DNA of 64,000 bases from Burkholderiales bacterium. GTDB taxonomy: Bacteria > Pseudomonadota > Gammaproteobacteria > Burkholderiales > SG8-39. Under the pieces are notes generated by a model. It worked only from the letters and a program-made list of their open reading frames with translations, ran no database searches and was not told the DNA's origin. The position numbers and the translations under genes are program-made. Location of the stretch: assembly GCA_036381055.1 (NCBI GenBank), contig DASVDO010000017.1, forward strand, positions 20,025 to 84,024, read 5' to 3'. Below, piece after piece: positions 1 to 9,013 of this stretch (positions are counted from its first letter, which is position 1; each line of letters begins with the position of its first letter).

Positions 1-2
1 TC

Positions 3-488
3 GAGCGGCTCGCCGAGCTGCACTGCCGGCGCTGGGCGGCGCACGGCGGCAGCGAGTCCTTCGGCAGCCCGGAGTACCTGGAATTCCATCGCCGCGTGAT
101 GAAGGCGTGCCTGCCGCGCGGCTGGCTGCGCCTGTATTGCCTGCAGATCGCGGGCGAGCCGGCCGCCATGATCTACGCCTACCGCTTCCGCAACGCCATC
201 TACTGGATGCAGTCGGGGTTCGATCCGGACCATGGCCGCCTCGAGCCGGGCAACGTACTGCTCGGCTACGCTTTCGAGCATGCGATCGGCGAGGGCAACG
301 CGGTGTTCGATTTCCTGCGCGGCGACCACGGCTACAAGGACCAGCTCGCCACGGACCATCGCGAGACCGTGAGCGTGCGCGTGTTCCGCGCCACCCCCGG
401 CGCGCTCGCCTACCGGCTGCGCCGGGTCTGGCTGCCGCGCTGGAAGGCGCGCCTGCTCCGCCGTCCCGCGCCGAAGCTGCGGCCATGA
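3..488 (+). CDS. GNAT family N-acetyltransferase, CelD/BcsL-like (5'-truncated by window edge)
   Basis: Frame open from base 3 (ERLAELHCRRW...EFHRRVM); typical C-terminus YWMQSGFDP...PGNVLLGYAFEHAIGEG...FDFLRGDHGYK; stop overlaps next ATG (ATGA). Confidence 0.8.
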   Translation, partial: ERLAELHCRRWAAHGGSESFGSPEYLEFHRRVMKACLPRGWLRLYCLQIAGEPAAMIYAYRFRNAIYWMQSGFDPDHGRLEPGNVLLGYAFEHAIGEGNAVFDFLRGDHGYKDQLATDHRETVSVRVFRATPGALAYRLRRVWLPRWKARLLRRPAPKLRP

Positions 489-1609
489 AGGCGAGGGTCG
501 AGCTGTTGCGCGACGCCGAGGCGCTGCGCCGCCTGGTGCCGCAATGGGAGGCGCTCGCCGCCGAGGCGGCCGAGCCCAACCCGTTCTACGAGCACTGGAT
601 GCTGCTGCCCGCGCTCGCCGCGTTCGGCGCGGGCGGCGGGTTCCGCTGCGCCGCGGTCTGGCTCGACGGCACGCTCGCGGGCCTCTTTCCGCTGGCGCTC
701 GAGCGCCGCTGGCGCGGCCTGCCGGTGCGCTGCGCGCGCTCCTGGCGCCACCGCAACATGGTGATCGGCACGCCGCTGGTGCGGGCGAAGACGGCGCGCG
801 AGTGCTGGCGCGCGCTGCTCGAGGCGCGCGTCGCGCCGCTGCTCGAGCTGGAGTGGACCGCGGCCGACGGGCCGCTCTACGGCGCGCTCGCCGAGGCGGC
901 GGGCGAGGGCGGCCATCCGTGGCTCGTCACCGACGCGTACACGCGCGCGGTGCTCGTGCGCGGGCGAGATCCGCGCCAGCGCTTCAACTCGAACATGAAG
1001 AACAACGTGCGCCGCTGGCTGGCCAAGCTCGCCGCGCAGGGCGCGGTGCGCGCGGTGCAGCTCGGGCCCGACGGCGACGCCATGGCCTGGCTCGACGAGT
1101 TCGTGCGCCTGGAGGCGAGCGGCTGGAAGGGCGCCGCGGGCACCGCGCTCGCCTGCCGCGACGACGACCGGCGCTTCGTGAGCGAGGTTTTTCCCGAGGC
1201 GTTCCGGCGCGGCCGCCTGATCATCACCGGCCTCGACCTCGACGACAAGCCGCTCGCGCGCCACTGCATGCTCGCGGCGGGCGAGGGCGCGTTCACCTTC
1301 AAGATCGCCTACGACGAGCGCTACGCGAGCTGCTCGCCCGGCATCCTCGCCGACGTGGAGAACGTGCGCTGGTTCATGGAGACGCCCGGGCCGGCGTGGA
1401 TCGACTCTCACACCTCGCGCGAGAACACGAGCTACGGCCGGGTGTGGAAGGACCGGCGCACCGTGCAGCGCGTGGCGATCGGCATGACGGCCGCCGGCCG
1501 CTTCGCGGTAGCCGTGCTGCCGCTCGTGCGGCTGGCGAAGTCGCTGCTGCCGCGCAGGAAGCCGGAGCCCGCGCAGCCGGCGGCGCGCCCGGCGGCGGCG
1601 GCGCCATGA
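485..1609 (+). CDS. GNAT family N-acetyltransferase, CelD/BcsL-like
   Basis: ATG at 485 in ATGA overlap; NPFYEHW N-terminus, LEASGWKG, FKIAYDERYASCSPGIL motifs. Confidence 0.8.
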   Translation: MKARVELLRDAEALRRLVPQWEALAAEAAEPNPFYEHWMLLPALAAFGAGGGFRCAAVWLDGTLAGLFPLALERRWRGLPVRCARSWRHRNMVIGTPLVRAKTARECWRALLEARVAPLLELEWTAADGPLYGALAEAAGEGGHPWLVTDAYTRAVLVRGRDPRQRFNSNMKNNVRRWLAKLAAQGAVRAVQLGPDGDAMAWLDEFVRLEASGWKGAAGTALACRDDDRRFVSEVFPEAFRRGRLIITGLDLDDKPLARHCMLAAGEGAFTFKIAYDERYASCSPGILADVENVRWFMETPGPAWIDSHTSRENTSYGRVWKDRRTVQRVAIGMTAAGRFAVAVLPLVRLAKSLLPRRKPEPAQPAARPAAAAP

Positions 1610-2787
1610 TCCCGGTCGTGCTGTGGGGAGGGATCCCCCTCGTGCGCGCGCTCGGCATGGCGCGCATCCCGGTGCTGGTCGCCTCGCTCGAGCGCGACAC
1701 GCCCTCGATGGCGTCGCGCTACTGCCGCGGCACGGTGGAGCTGCCGCCCGCGGCCGGCCGCGAGGCGACCGTCGAGGCGCTGGTGCGCGCCGGCCGCCGG
1801 CTCGCCGAGCAGCACGGCCGGCCGGTGCCGCTCTTCTACGACAACGACGACCGCCTGGCGCTGGTGCAGGACTTCCGCGACGAGCTGTCGCCGCATTTCG
1901 CGCTGCTGCTGAACGAGCCGCCGCTCGCCGACGCGCTGCTCGACAAGGCGCGCTTCCAGGCGCTCGCCGAGCGGCGGCGCCTGCCGGTGCCGCGGCGCAT
2001 CGACTGGTCGGCGCTCGCCGAGGAGCGCGGGCCGGTGCTGGTCAAGCCGAAATCGCGCACCCGCTGGGACGACTCGCCGGTGCGCGCGCAGCTCTTCGGC
2101 GGCCACGGCAAGGCGCGCGTCTTCCCGAGCGGCCGCGAGGCGCGCCTCGATCCGCTGGTGCAGAGCCTCGCGCTGCAGCTCCAGTTCCAGGAATACGTGC
2201 CCGGCGGCGACGACGCGATCTGGTCCTACCACGGTTTCGCGGCGCCGGGCGGCGAGGTGCTCGAAGGCTTCGTCGGGCGCAAGATCCGCACTTATCCGCC
2301 GCTCACCGGGGACAGCTCCTATCTGCGCCTGGCGCGCGATCCGCAGCTCGTGACGCTCGGCCGGGACATCGCCGCGCGCCTGGGCCTCGCCGGCATCTTC
2401 AAGATGGACTTCAAGCGCCATCCGCAGAGCGGGCGCTACTACCTGCTCGAGATCAACACGCGCTTCAACCTCTGGCATTACCTCGGCGCGAAGAACGGCG
2501 TGAACCTGCCGCGCGTGGCGTACGAGTTCCTGCTCTACGGGCGGCGCCCGCAGCCCGCCTGCGGCTCGACGCGCTACCGCTGGCTCGCCTGGCGCTACGA
2601 CCGGCGCGCCTTCCTCGAGCTGCGCGCGAGCCGCGAGCTCGGCGCGGCGCGCTGGCTGTGGTCGCTCGTGCAGGCGCCCAAGGTCTACGAGTACTTCGCC
2701 TGGGACGACCCGATGCCGCTCGTGCGGTTGCTGCAGGGGCGGGTCAACCGGAAATGGCAGCGCCTATGGCACTCTATGGCGTCCTAG
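1606..2787 (+). CDS. ATP-grasp domain ligase (D-aspartate-ligase / carboxylate-amine ligase-like)
   Basis: ATG at 1606 in ATGA overlap; PVLVKP, QFQEYVPG, FKMDFK...YYLLEINTR ATP-grasp motifs. Confidence 0.8.
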   Translation: MIPVVLWGGIPLVRALGMARIPVLVASLERDTPSMASRYCRGTVELPPAAGREATVEALVRAGRRLAEQHGRPVPLFYDNDDRLALVQDFRDELSPHFALLLNEPPLADALLDKARFQALAERRRLPVPRRIDWSALAEERGPVLVKPKSRTRWDDSPVRAQLFGGHGKARVFPSGREARLDPLVQSLALQLQFQEYVPGGDDAIWSYHGFAAPGGEVLEGFVGRKIRTYPPLTGDSSYLRLARDPQLVTLGRDIAARLGLAGIFKMDFKRHPQSGRYYLLEINTRFNLWHYLGAKNGVNLPRVAYEFLLYGRRPQPACGSTRYRWLAWRYDRRAFLELRASRELGAARWLWSLVQAPKVYEYFAWDDPMPLVRLLQGRVNRKWQRLWHSMAS

Positions 2788-3527
2788 GCGACATCCACGG
2801 CAACCTCGAGGCGCTGCGCGCGGTGCTGGCGGCGCTCGACGCGCGCGGCGTGCGCGAGCTGCTGTGCGTCGGCGACGTGGTGGGCTACAACGCCGACCCG
2901 GACGAATGCGCCGCGCTGCTGCGCGCGCGCGGCGCGCGCACCATCGCCGGCAACCACGACCTGATCGCCACGCGGCGCCTGGGCTTCGAGCGCTGCGCGA
3001 ACAACGCGCGCTACGCGCTCGAGCGTACCCGGCGCGCCATCTCGCCGCAGACCGCCGCGTGGCTGAGCGCGCTTCCCGACATCCTGGTGATCGACGAGAC
3101 GATCGTCCTGGTGCACGGGGGCGTGCAGGACGTGCAGCTCTACATGCGCACGCCGCAGACCATCGAGCGCAACGCCGAGCTGCTGCGGCTGGAGCACCCG
3201 GCGGCGCGCCTGTGCTTCTTCGGTCACAGCCACGTGCAGAAAGTCTACGAGGTCGGCGAGCGCGCCACCGAGCGCGAGCTCTCCGCCGCCCTGGACCGCG
3301 ACAAGCTCTACTTCGTCAATCCGGGCTCGGTAGACGCCCAGCGCAAGCACGATCACAAGCTCGCCGAATGCGCGGTGCTCGACACCGACGCGTGGGCGCT
3401 CGAGTTCCTGCGCTTGCCCTACGAAGCCGCCGCGACCGAGGCGAAGGCGGCGGTAGGCGGCTACCGCATACCGCCGCTCTTCGACCGGGTCTACACCTGG
3501 CGACGCCGGCTGATGCCCAGCTTCTAG
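2766..3527 (+). CDS. Metallophosphoesterase (calcineurin-like, YfcE-type)
   Basis: GDIHGN, GDVVG, GNHD, VHG, GHSH, NPGS motifs; overlaps end of ATP-grasp gene. Confidence 0.9.
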   Translation: MALYGVLGDIHGNLEALRAVLAALDARGVRELLCVGDVVGYNADPDECAALLRARGARTIAGNHDLIATRRLGFERCANNARYALERTRRAISPQTAAWLSALPDILVIDETIVLVHGGVQDVQLYMRTPQTIERNAELLRLEHPAARLCFFGHSHVQKVYEVGERATERELSAALDRDKLYFVNPGSVDAQRKHDHKLAECAVLDTDAWALEFLRLPYEAAATEAKAAVGGYRIPPLFDRVYTWRRRLMPSF

Positions 3528-3868
3528 TACCGGCTCCCGGAGCTGCCGCTCGAGGCGCCGTCATCGGTGCGATGTCTGCCGCCGTGGCGCTCGTCGTTCT
3601 CGCCGTGGCCTTTGCCTTGCGTCCAGCCCTTGTGCTTGCCGCGGTCGGCGTGCTCATCGCGCTCTTCGCTCGTGGCTCCGGCCGCTGAGCTCCGCTCCTG
3701 GCTCTGCTCCCTGTTCCGCACGTTCGGCGAGACGCTGACGTCGGCGTCCTTGTTCAGCTCGACGCTCGCGCCGGTGTCGGCCTGGCCCTGCACGCTTACC
3801 TGTGCTGCGGCGAGCTGGCTGAACGACACCGCGAAAATACCGGAGACGATGGCGGGGAAAAGCTTCAT
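3524..3868 (-). CDS. Hypothetical secreted low-complexity protein
   Basis: ATG with AGGAGG SD; signal peptide MKLFPAIVSGIFAVSFSQLAAA; charged tail with HKGW..GKG motif. Confidence 0.7.
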   Translation of the reverse strand: MKLFPAIVSGIFAVSFSQLAAAQVSVQGQADTGASVELNKDADVSVSPNVRNREQSQERSSAAGATSEERDEHADRGKHKGWTQGKGHGENDERHGGRHRTDDGASSGSSGSRY

Positions 3869-3963
3869 GAAATCCTCCTGACGATGGTTGGAACCGCTAT
3901 GCGGCGATGCCGCAAGGCCCGTTCCCGCCTCGCCAGCAGGGCTTAGGGGAATATCCGTAAATC

Positions 3964-4647
3964 CTAGAAGCGGTACGCGAGACCGAGGGTGGCGTAGCTT
4001 GCGGAGCGCTGCTCGGCGAGCGGGCTGCGCATCGCGTGGTCGGTGAGGCGCCGGCGTTCGACGCTGCCGACCAGGACCCAGTGGCGCGCGAGATCGAAGG
4101 AGGCGAGCGCGCCCACGCTGCCGTAGAGCACACCGCTTTGCCTCACGTCGTAGTAGGCGCGGTAGTAGTCCTGGTTGGCGAAGGTGAGCTGCGTGAACAC
4201 GCCGGCGAGCAGGCCGTGGCCCTGATAGACGCCGGCCGTCAGGCGCAGGTCGACCTGCAGGCCGCGCTCGGTGTCGAGGTGCTGGCGCACGCGCAGCAGC
4301 AGGTCGAGCGGCATCGGGCCGAGCCGGCCGTCCCACTCGGCATGCGCGCCGAGCGACGCGCCGGGATCGCGGTCGCGCGGGCCCTGCTCGTAGGCGAGCT
4401 GCGCGCCGATCACGGTGCCCTCGCCGATCCTCAAGCGCGCGCCGCCTTCGAGCATGCCCTGCGTGGTGCGCAGGAACCACGGCTCGCCGTAGTAGCGCAG
4501 CACCGGCACGAGATCGGTCTCGCGCTCGGAAAAGCCGTCGAACTCGGGCCGGCTGCGCACGCCGGCGCCGAACAGGATATCGCCCTGCGCGCAGGCCTCG
4601 CCCGCGCAGAGGAGCGCTAGCGAAAACGCGACTGCGCTAAGGCGCAT
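3964..4647 (-). CDS. MipA/OmpV family outer-membrane protein
   Basis: Signal peptide, RPEFDGFSE...VP, YYRAYYDV, C-terminal aromatic residue (AYRF). Confidence 0.8.
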   Translation of the reverse strand: MRLSAVAFSLALLCAGEACAQGDILFGAGVRSRPEFDGFSERETDLVPVLRYYGEPWFLRTTQGMLEGGARLRIGEGTVIGAQLAYEQGPRDRDPGASLGAHAEWDGRLGPMPLDLLLRVRQHLDTERGLQVDLRLTAGVYQGHGLLAGVFTQLTFANQDYYRAYYDVRQSGVLYGSVGALASFDLARHWVLVGSVERRRLTDHAMRSPLAEQRSASYATLGLAYRF

Positions 4648-5038
4648 TGCGCCAGCGATCGACGCTCCAGGGGCCGGGCCCGGCCGCGGCGATGTAGAGG
4701 AAGACGAAGCAGTACAGGATCGCCGCGTCGCCGCCGTTCAGCACCGGCCAGAAGGCCTTCGGCGCGTGCCCGATGAAGTAGGCGAACGCCATCTCGCCCG
4801 ACAGGATGAACGCCACCGGGCGGCTGAACAGACCGATCATCACCAGCGCGCCGCCGAACAGCTCGAGCAGCCCGGCCACGCCGATCATGGAGAAGAGCGT
4901 CACCGGCATGGGAAAGGGCGCCGGGAAGCCGAGCAGCTTCTGTGCGCCGTGCAGGAGGAAGATGAAGCCCGAGACGATGCGCAGGATGCTCAGCAGGCGC
5001 GGCGACCAGGCGTCGGTGAATGCTGCGAGAGCGGGCAT
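4637..5038 (-). CDS. DoxX family membrane protein
   Basis: LRIVSGFIFLLHGAQK, AGLLELFGG, GPGPWSVD motifs. Confidence 0.9.
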   Translation of the reverse strand: MPALAAFTDAWSPRLLSILRIVSGFIFLLHGAQKLLGFPAPFPMPVTLFSMIGVAGLLELFGGALVMIGLFSRPVAFILSGEMAFAYFIGHAPKAFWPVLNGGDAAILYCFVFLYIAAAGPGPWSVDRWRNAP

Positions 5039-5080
5039 GGCGACTCCTTTCGGGGGTGAAGTCCCGCCGCATTCTAGAGC

Positions 5081-6073
5081 CTAGATCTTGAAGGCTTCCA
5101 GCGTCTCCCGGGCGAAGATCTCTTCGGGCCGCAGGCGCCGCTTCGACAGCCCCTGCTCGTGGTGGTAGCGCAGGAAGGTGTCGAGCACGTGCCGGTTCGG
5201 CTCGAGCCCGTACGGCCACCAGTCCTCGCCGAGGATGGCGCGCGCCTCGTCCACGTGCGCGACCAGCCAGGGCAGCATCGCCGGCATCGCCGCCGTCTGC
5301 TGGTAGAGCGCCATCGCGATTCCCTTGGCCGCCTCGAGCGCCTTGTACAGCGACTGCGCGACCCACGGCTGGCGCTCGTACACGTCGCGCCGGATCACCA
5401 CCGTGTGCATGATCGGGAATATGCGCGTCTTCTGGAAATAGGCCTTCTCGGCGGCGACGTAGTCCGGGAACAGGCGCTTCACCGCGTCGGGCCGCGCGCG
5501 GAAGGTGGACGGAGTGCGCGCCGTGACCAGCGCGTCGATCTCGCCCTCGGCGAGCATCTGCGACAGGGTCTGGGTCGCGCCGATCGCGCGCAGCCTTATG
5601 CCGGCGGGCAGGTCGAGCTTCAGCTTCTCCTCGCGGCCCGGCTCTTCCTCGCCGCCCGACAGGTGCTCGTAGTCGGTCGCCTTCACGCCGTAGTCGTCGG
5701 ACAGGATGCCGCGGATCCACACCGGCGCGGTCATCTGGTATTCCGGCACGCCCACGCGCTTGCCCTTCAGGTCCTCGGGCCTGCGGATGCCGCTTTTCGC
5801 CGAGACGAAGATGCACGAGTGGCGGAAGAAGCGCGACGGGAACACCGGGATGGCGACGAACGGCGGATCGGCGCGATTGAGCGAGGCGACGTACGAGGAG
5901 AGCGACATCTCGGAGCACTCGAACTCGCGGTAGCGCGCCATGCGGAAGAACGTCTCCTCGACCGGCAGGTTGAGGTAGGTGAGGTCGATGCCGTCGGGCC
6001 GTACCCGGCCGTCGGCGAGCGCGCGCGTGCGGTCGTAGTCCCAGCAGGCGAAGGTCAGCTTGAGCTTGCTCAT
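5081..6073 (-). CDS. 4,5-dihydroxyphthalate decarboxylase family (OphC/PhtD-like)
   Basis: LTFACWDYDRTRAL, FPSRFFRHS, VGVPEYQMTAPVWIRG, FPIMHTVVIR, WWPYG motifs; next to Rieske oxygenase and dihydrodiol dehydrogenase. Confidence 0.85.
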   Translation of the reverse strand: MSKLKLTFACWDYDRTRALADGRVRPDGIDLTYLNLPVEETFFRMARYREFECSEMSLSSYVASLNRADPPFVAIPVFPSRFFRHSCIFVSAKSGIRRPEDLKGKRVGVPEYQMTAPVWIRGILSDDYGVKATDYEHLSGGEEEPGREEKLKLDLPAGIRLRAIGATQTLSQMLAEGEIDALVTARTPSTFRARPDAVKRLFPDYVAAEKAYFQKTRIFPIMHTVVIRRDVYERQPWVAQSLYKALEAAKGIAMALYQQTAAMPAMLPWLVAHVDEARAILGEDWWPYGLEPNRHVLDTFLRYHHEQGLSKRRLRPEEIFARETLEAFKI

Positions 6074-6091
6074 GGGAGGCGAGTATAGCGA

Positions 6092-6529
6092 TCAGGCGCG
6101 CCGGGCATCCCCGGCGAGGTTGTCGATGATGGTCATCAGCGCGCGGCGCACCGCGGCGCGCTCGCGCGCCTTGAGGCCGCGCAGGCCGATCTCGTTCACC
6201 TGCTCGGCGAGCGGCACCAGCTTCTTCTTCAGCGCGCGGCCTTTCGGCGTGAGGTGCACGTACACGTTCTTGCGGTTGCGCGGCAGGCGCCGGCGCTTCA
6301 CGTAGCCCTTCTTCTCCATCGCCCGGATGGCGGCGAAGGTGGAGGGCTCCATCACGCCCGCTTCCTCCGAGAGCTCGCGCTGCGTGAGGCCGTCGCGCTC
6401 CCACAGGATGCGCAGGAACGTCCAGTGGCCGAACGGCACGCGGTGCGCGGCGAGCCGCCGCGCCAGCGCGCGCACGAAGCCGCGCCACGCCTCCTTGGTG
6501 AGGTGCGCTACCCGGTCGGGGCGGCTAAT
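6092..6529 (-). CDS. MarR family transcriptional regulator (OphR-like); start uncertain, ATT proposed
   Basis: FGHWTFLRILWERDGLTQRELS...VYVHLTPKG wHTH. No in-frame ATG; ATT at 6529 follows AAGGAG by 5 nt; alternative GTG at 6475. Confidence 0.8.
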   Translation of the reverse strand: MSRPDRVAHLTKEAWRGFVRALARRLAAHRVPFGHWTFLRILWERDGLTQRELSEEAGVMEPSTFAAIRAMEKKGYVKRRRLPRNRKNVYVHLTPKGRALKKKLVPLAEQVNEIGLRGLKARERAAVRRALMTIIDNLAGDARRA

Positions 6530-7659
6530 GCGATCTCCTTGCCTTCGCGTGCCGAGCGCAGGATGGCGAGGCAGGCCTGCACGGTCGCCATGCCCCAGGC
6601 GCCGTCGTGCAGGGGCGCTTTCGCCCCGACCACCGCGGCGTACAGCTCGTCGATCACGCCGGCGCGCGGCGCGGCGCCCGGCGGCATCGCTTCGAAGCGC
6701 TTCTCGCGCTCGCCGTAGATCCAGACGCCCTGCGGCGTCGGGCGCAGGTCGGCCTTCTCGCACGAGGCGACGAGCAGGCCGAAGTGCGGATGCGCGGCAG
6801 GGGCCGGCGGCGGGGCGAAGCGCGGGCCGCCGTAATTCCTTTCGTTCTTCGTTGCGGATTCGTCGCCCGCCAGCGCCGCTCTTGCCGCGCCGTAGCGCTC
6901 CGGGTCCTTGCGCTGGCCGCCTTCGCCGATCCAGCCGAGCAGCTCGTCGGAGTCGAAGCGCCCGTAGCCGCTGTAGGCGATCGTGGCGAAGGCGCCGCCG
7001 GCGAGGCCGAGCAGGGCGGCGTAGGCGCCTTCCACCGGGCGCGCCGGATCCCAGGCGCCGGTCATCGCGCGCACGCTCGTCACCTCGCCGCCGAGCAGGC
7101 GCACCACGTCGACGTGATGCGCCGCCTGGTTCATCACCGCGCCGCCGCCTTTCGCCGGGTCGAGCTCCTCCGGCCGGCGCGGCCGGTAGAGGAAGTCGGT
7201 GTAGTTCATCGCCGTCAGCATGCGCAGCCGGCCGAAGCGGCCGCTTGCGATCAGCTCGCGCGCGCGCGCCACCGGCGCGTCGAAGCTGTGGCTGTGGCCG
7301 ACCACCAGGCGCACGCGGTGGCGCGCCGCAGCGTCGATCATGGCGCGGCATTCCTCGAGCGCGAGCGCCATCGGCTTCTCGACCAGCACGTGCTTGCCGC
7401 GGCTCGCGGCGAGGCAGGCGTGCTCGGCATGGCGCTCGTGCGGCGTCGCAACGTAGACCGCGTCGAGCGCGTCGTCGGCGCACAGCGCCTCCACCGTGTC
7501 GTAGGCGCGGCCGCCGAACTCCTCGCAGAACCGCCGCCGCGCCTCCGGCCGCGGGTCGCTCGCGGCGACCAGCGCGACCCGGCTGTCGGCGGCGAGCGTC
7601 GGCGCCATGAGCGAGAACGCGCGCCCGAGCCCGGCGGCGCCGAGGTTGAGTTTCCGCAT
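6508..7659 (-). CDS. Gfo/Idh/MocA oxidoreductase (phthalate 4,5-cis-dihydrodiol dehydrogenase-like)
   Basis: GAAGLGRA, HVLVEKPMA, GHSHSFD, DFLYRPRRPEEL, HHVDVVR motifs. Confidence 0.85.
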   Translation of the reverse strand: MRKLNLGAAGLGRAFSLMAPTLAADSRVALVAASDPRPEARRRFCEEFGGRAYDTVEALCADDALDAVYVATPHERHAEHACLAASRGKHVLVEKPMALALEECRAMIDAAARHRVRLVVGHSHSFDAPVARARELIASGRFGRLRMLTAMNYTDFLYRPRRPEELDPAKGGGAVMNQAAHHVDVVRLLGGEVTSVRAMTGAWDPARPVEGAYAALLGLAGGAFATIAYSGYGRFDSDELLGWIGEGGQRKDPERYGAARAALAGDESATKNERNYGGPRFAPPPAPAAHPHFGLLVASCEKADLRPTPQGVWIYGEREKRFEAMPPGAAPRAGVIDELYAAVVGAKAPLHDGAWGMATVQACLAILRSAREGKEIALAAPTG

Positions 7660-7670
7660 GGCGGCACTAT

Positions 7671-7686
7671 ACTTAGCTGCCTAAGT
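7671..7686. promoter_or_regulatory. Palindromic operator candidate (MarR) in the divergent promoter
   Basis: ACTTAG-CTGC-CTAAGT perfect 6-bp inverted repeat in the 43-bp intergenic gap; touches a TATAGT -10 box (minus strand 7666-7671). Confidence 0.55.
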
Positions 7687-7702
7687 TTATGGCGAGCCTG
7701 CC

Positions 7703-9013
7703 ATGCTGACCGCCGAGCAGAACGAGCTGCTGTGCCGCGTCGAGGGCGATGCGCCGATGGGCGGCATCATGCGCCGGCACTGGCTGCCGGTGTGCCTGTC
7801 GGAGGAGGTGGCCGAGCCCGACGGCGCGCCGGTCAAGTCGCGCCTGGTGGGGGTCGACCTGGTGGCGTTCCGCGACTCGCGCGGGCGGCTCGGCGTGCTC
7901 GACGAGCGCTGCCCGCACCGCAACGCCTCGCTGGTCTTCGGCCGCAACGAGGAATGCGGCCTGCGCTGCCTCTACCACGGCTGGAAGTTCGACGTCCACG
8001 GCAACATCCTGGAGATGGCGTCGGAGCCCGACGGCGCGGCGCTCAAGGCCTCGCTGAAGCACCGCGCCTACCCGGTGCGCGAGTCGGGCGGCTTCGTCTG
8101 GGCGTGGCTCGGGCCGCGCGACCAGGTGCGCGAGTTCCAGCCGCCGGCCTGGGCGCCGCAGCCCGGCATCCGCTACGCGATCGTCAAGATGCACGCCGCG
8201 TGCAACTGGGCGCAGGTGCTGGAAGGCTCGATCGACTCGGCGCACAGCTCGAGCCTGCACTCGACCAACATGCCGGCCGCCGACGTCGCGGGCGCGAGCG
8301 CCACCGACGAGGCGTGGCCGCGGCCCTCGAACGACAAGGCGCCGCGCCTGGTGTTCGAGACGACCTCGTACGGCTTCCGCTACGCGGCGCTGCGCCGGCC
8401 GATCCGCAACCCCGAGACCCACCAGTACGTGAGGACCACGCTGTTCATCGCGCCCTTCACCGTGCTGATACCGCCCAACGACCGGTACCACCTGGCGCAG
8501 ATGCTGGTGCCGATGGACGACGTGAACACCATGTTCTACTGGATCGCCTGGCATCCCGACCCGGCGAAGGGCATCTCGCAGGAGAAGTGGCGCCGCTTCT
8601 GCGCCGCCACCGTGGGCGAGGACCTGAACCCCGACTTCACCAAGAAGCGCACCCTGCAGAACCGCTATCTCCAGGACCGCGAGAAGATGAAGCGCGGCGA
8701 CTTCACCGGCATCGTCGGCATCCCGACGCAGGACATGGCGATGTGGGAGTCGATGGGGCCGATCGTCGACCGCAGCCGCGACCATCCGGGCGCGAGCGAC
8801 CTCGCGGTGGTGCAGTTCCGCCGCATGATGGTCGCCGCGGCGAAGAAGTTCGCCGCCGGCGGCCCGGCGATCGGCACCGAGGGCTGGAGCGAGGAGCCGC
8901 TCGTTCCCTACGTGCAGCTCGCCTCGTACGAGGGCGTGGTGCCGAAGACGGTCGACTGGCGCACGCTCGGCGCGCCGCCGCAGGCCTCGCTCAGCCCGCC
9001 GCAGGCTGCTTGA
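7703..9013 (+). CDS. Rieske non-heme iron oxygenase alpha subunit, phthalate 4,5-dioxygenase/CbaA-like family
   Basis: Rieske CPH...CLYH; EGSIDSAHSSSLH iron site; QDMAMWESMG; similar from recall to 3-chlorobenzoate 3,4-dioxygenase CbaA. Confidence 0.9.
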   Translation: MLTAEQNELLCRVEGDAPMGGIMRRHWLPVCLSEEVAEPDGAPVKSRLVGVDLVAFRDSRGRLGVLDERCPHRNASLVFGRNEECGLRCLYHGWKFDVHGNILEMASEPDGAALKASLKHRAYPVRESGGFVWAWLGPRDQVREFQPPAWAPQPGIRYAIVKMHAACNWAQVLEGSIDSAHSSSLHSTNMPAADVAGASATDEAWPRPSNDKAPRLVFETTSYGFRYAALRRPIRNPETHQYVRTTLFIAPFTVLIPPNDRYHLAQMLVPMDDVNTMFYWIAWHPDPAKGISQEKWRRFCAATVGEDLNPDFTKKRTLQNRYLQDREKMKRGDFTGIVGIPTQDMAMWESMGPIVDRSRDHPGASDLAVVQFRRMMVAAAKKFAAGGPAIGTEGWSEEPLVPYVQLASYEGVVPKTVDWRTLGAPPQASLSPPQAA

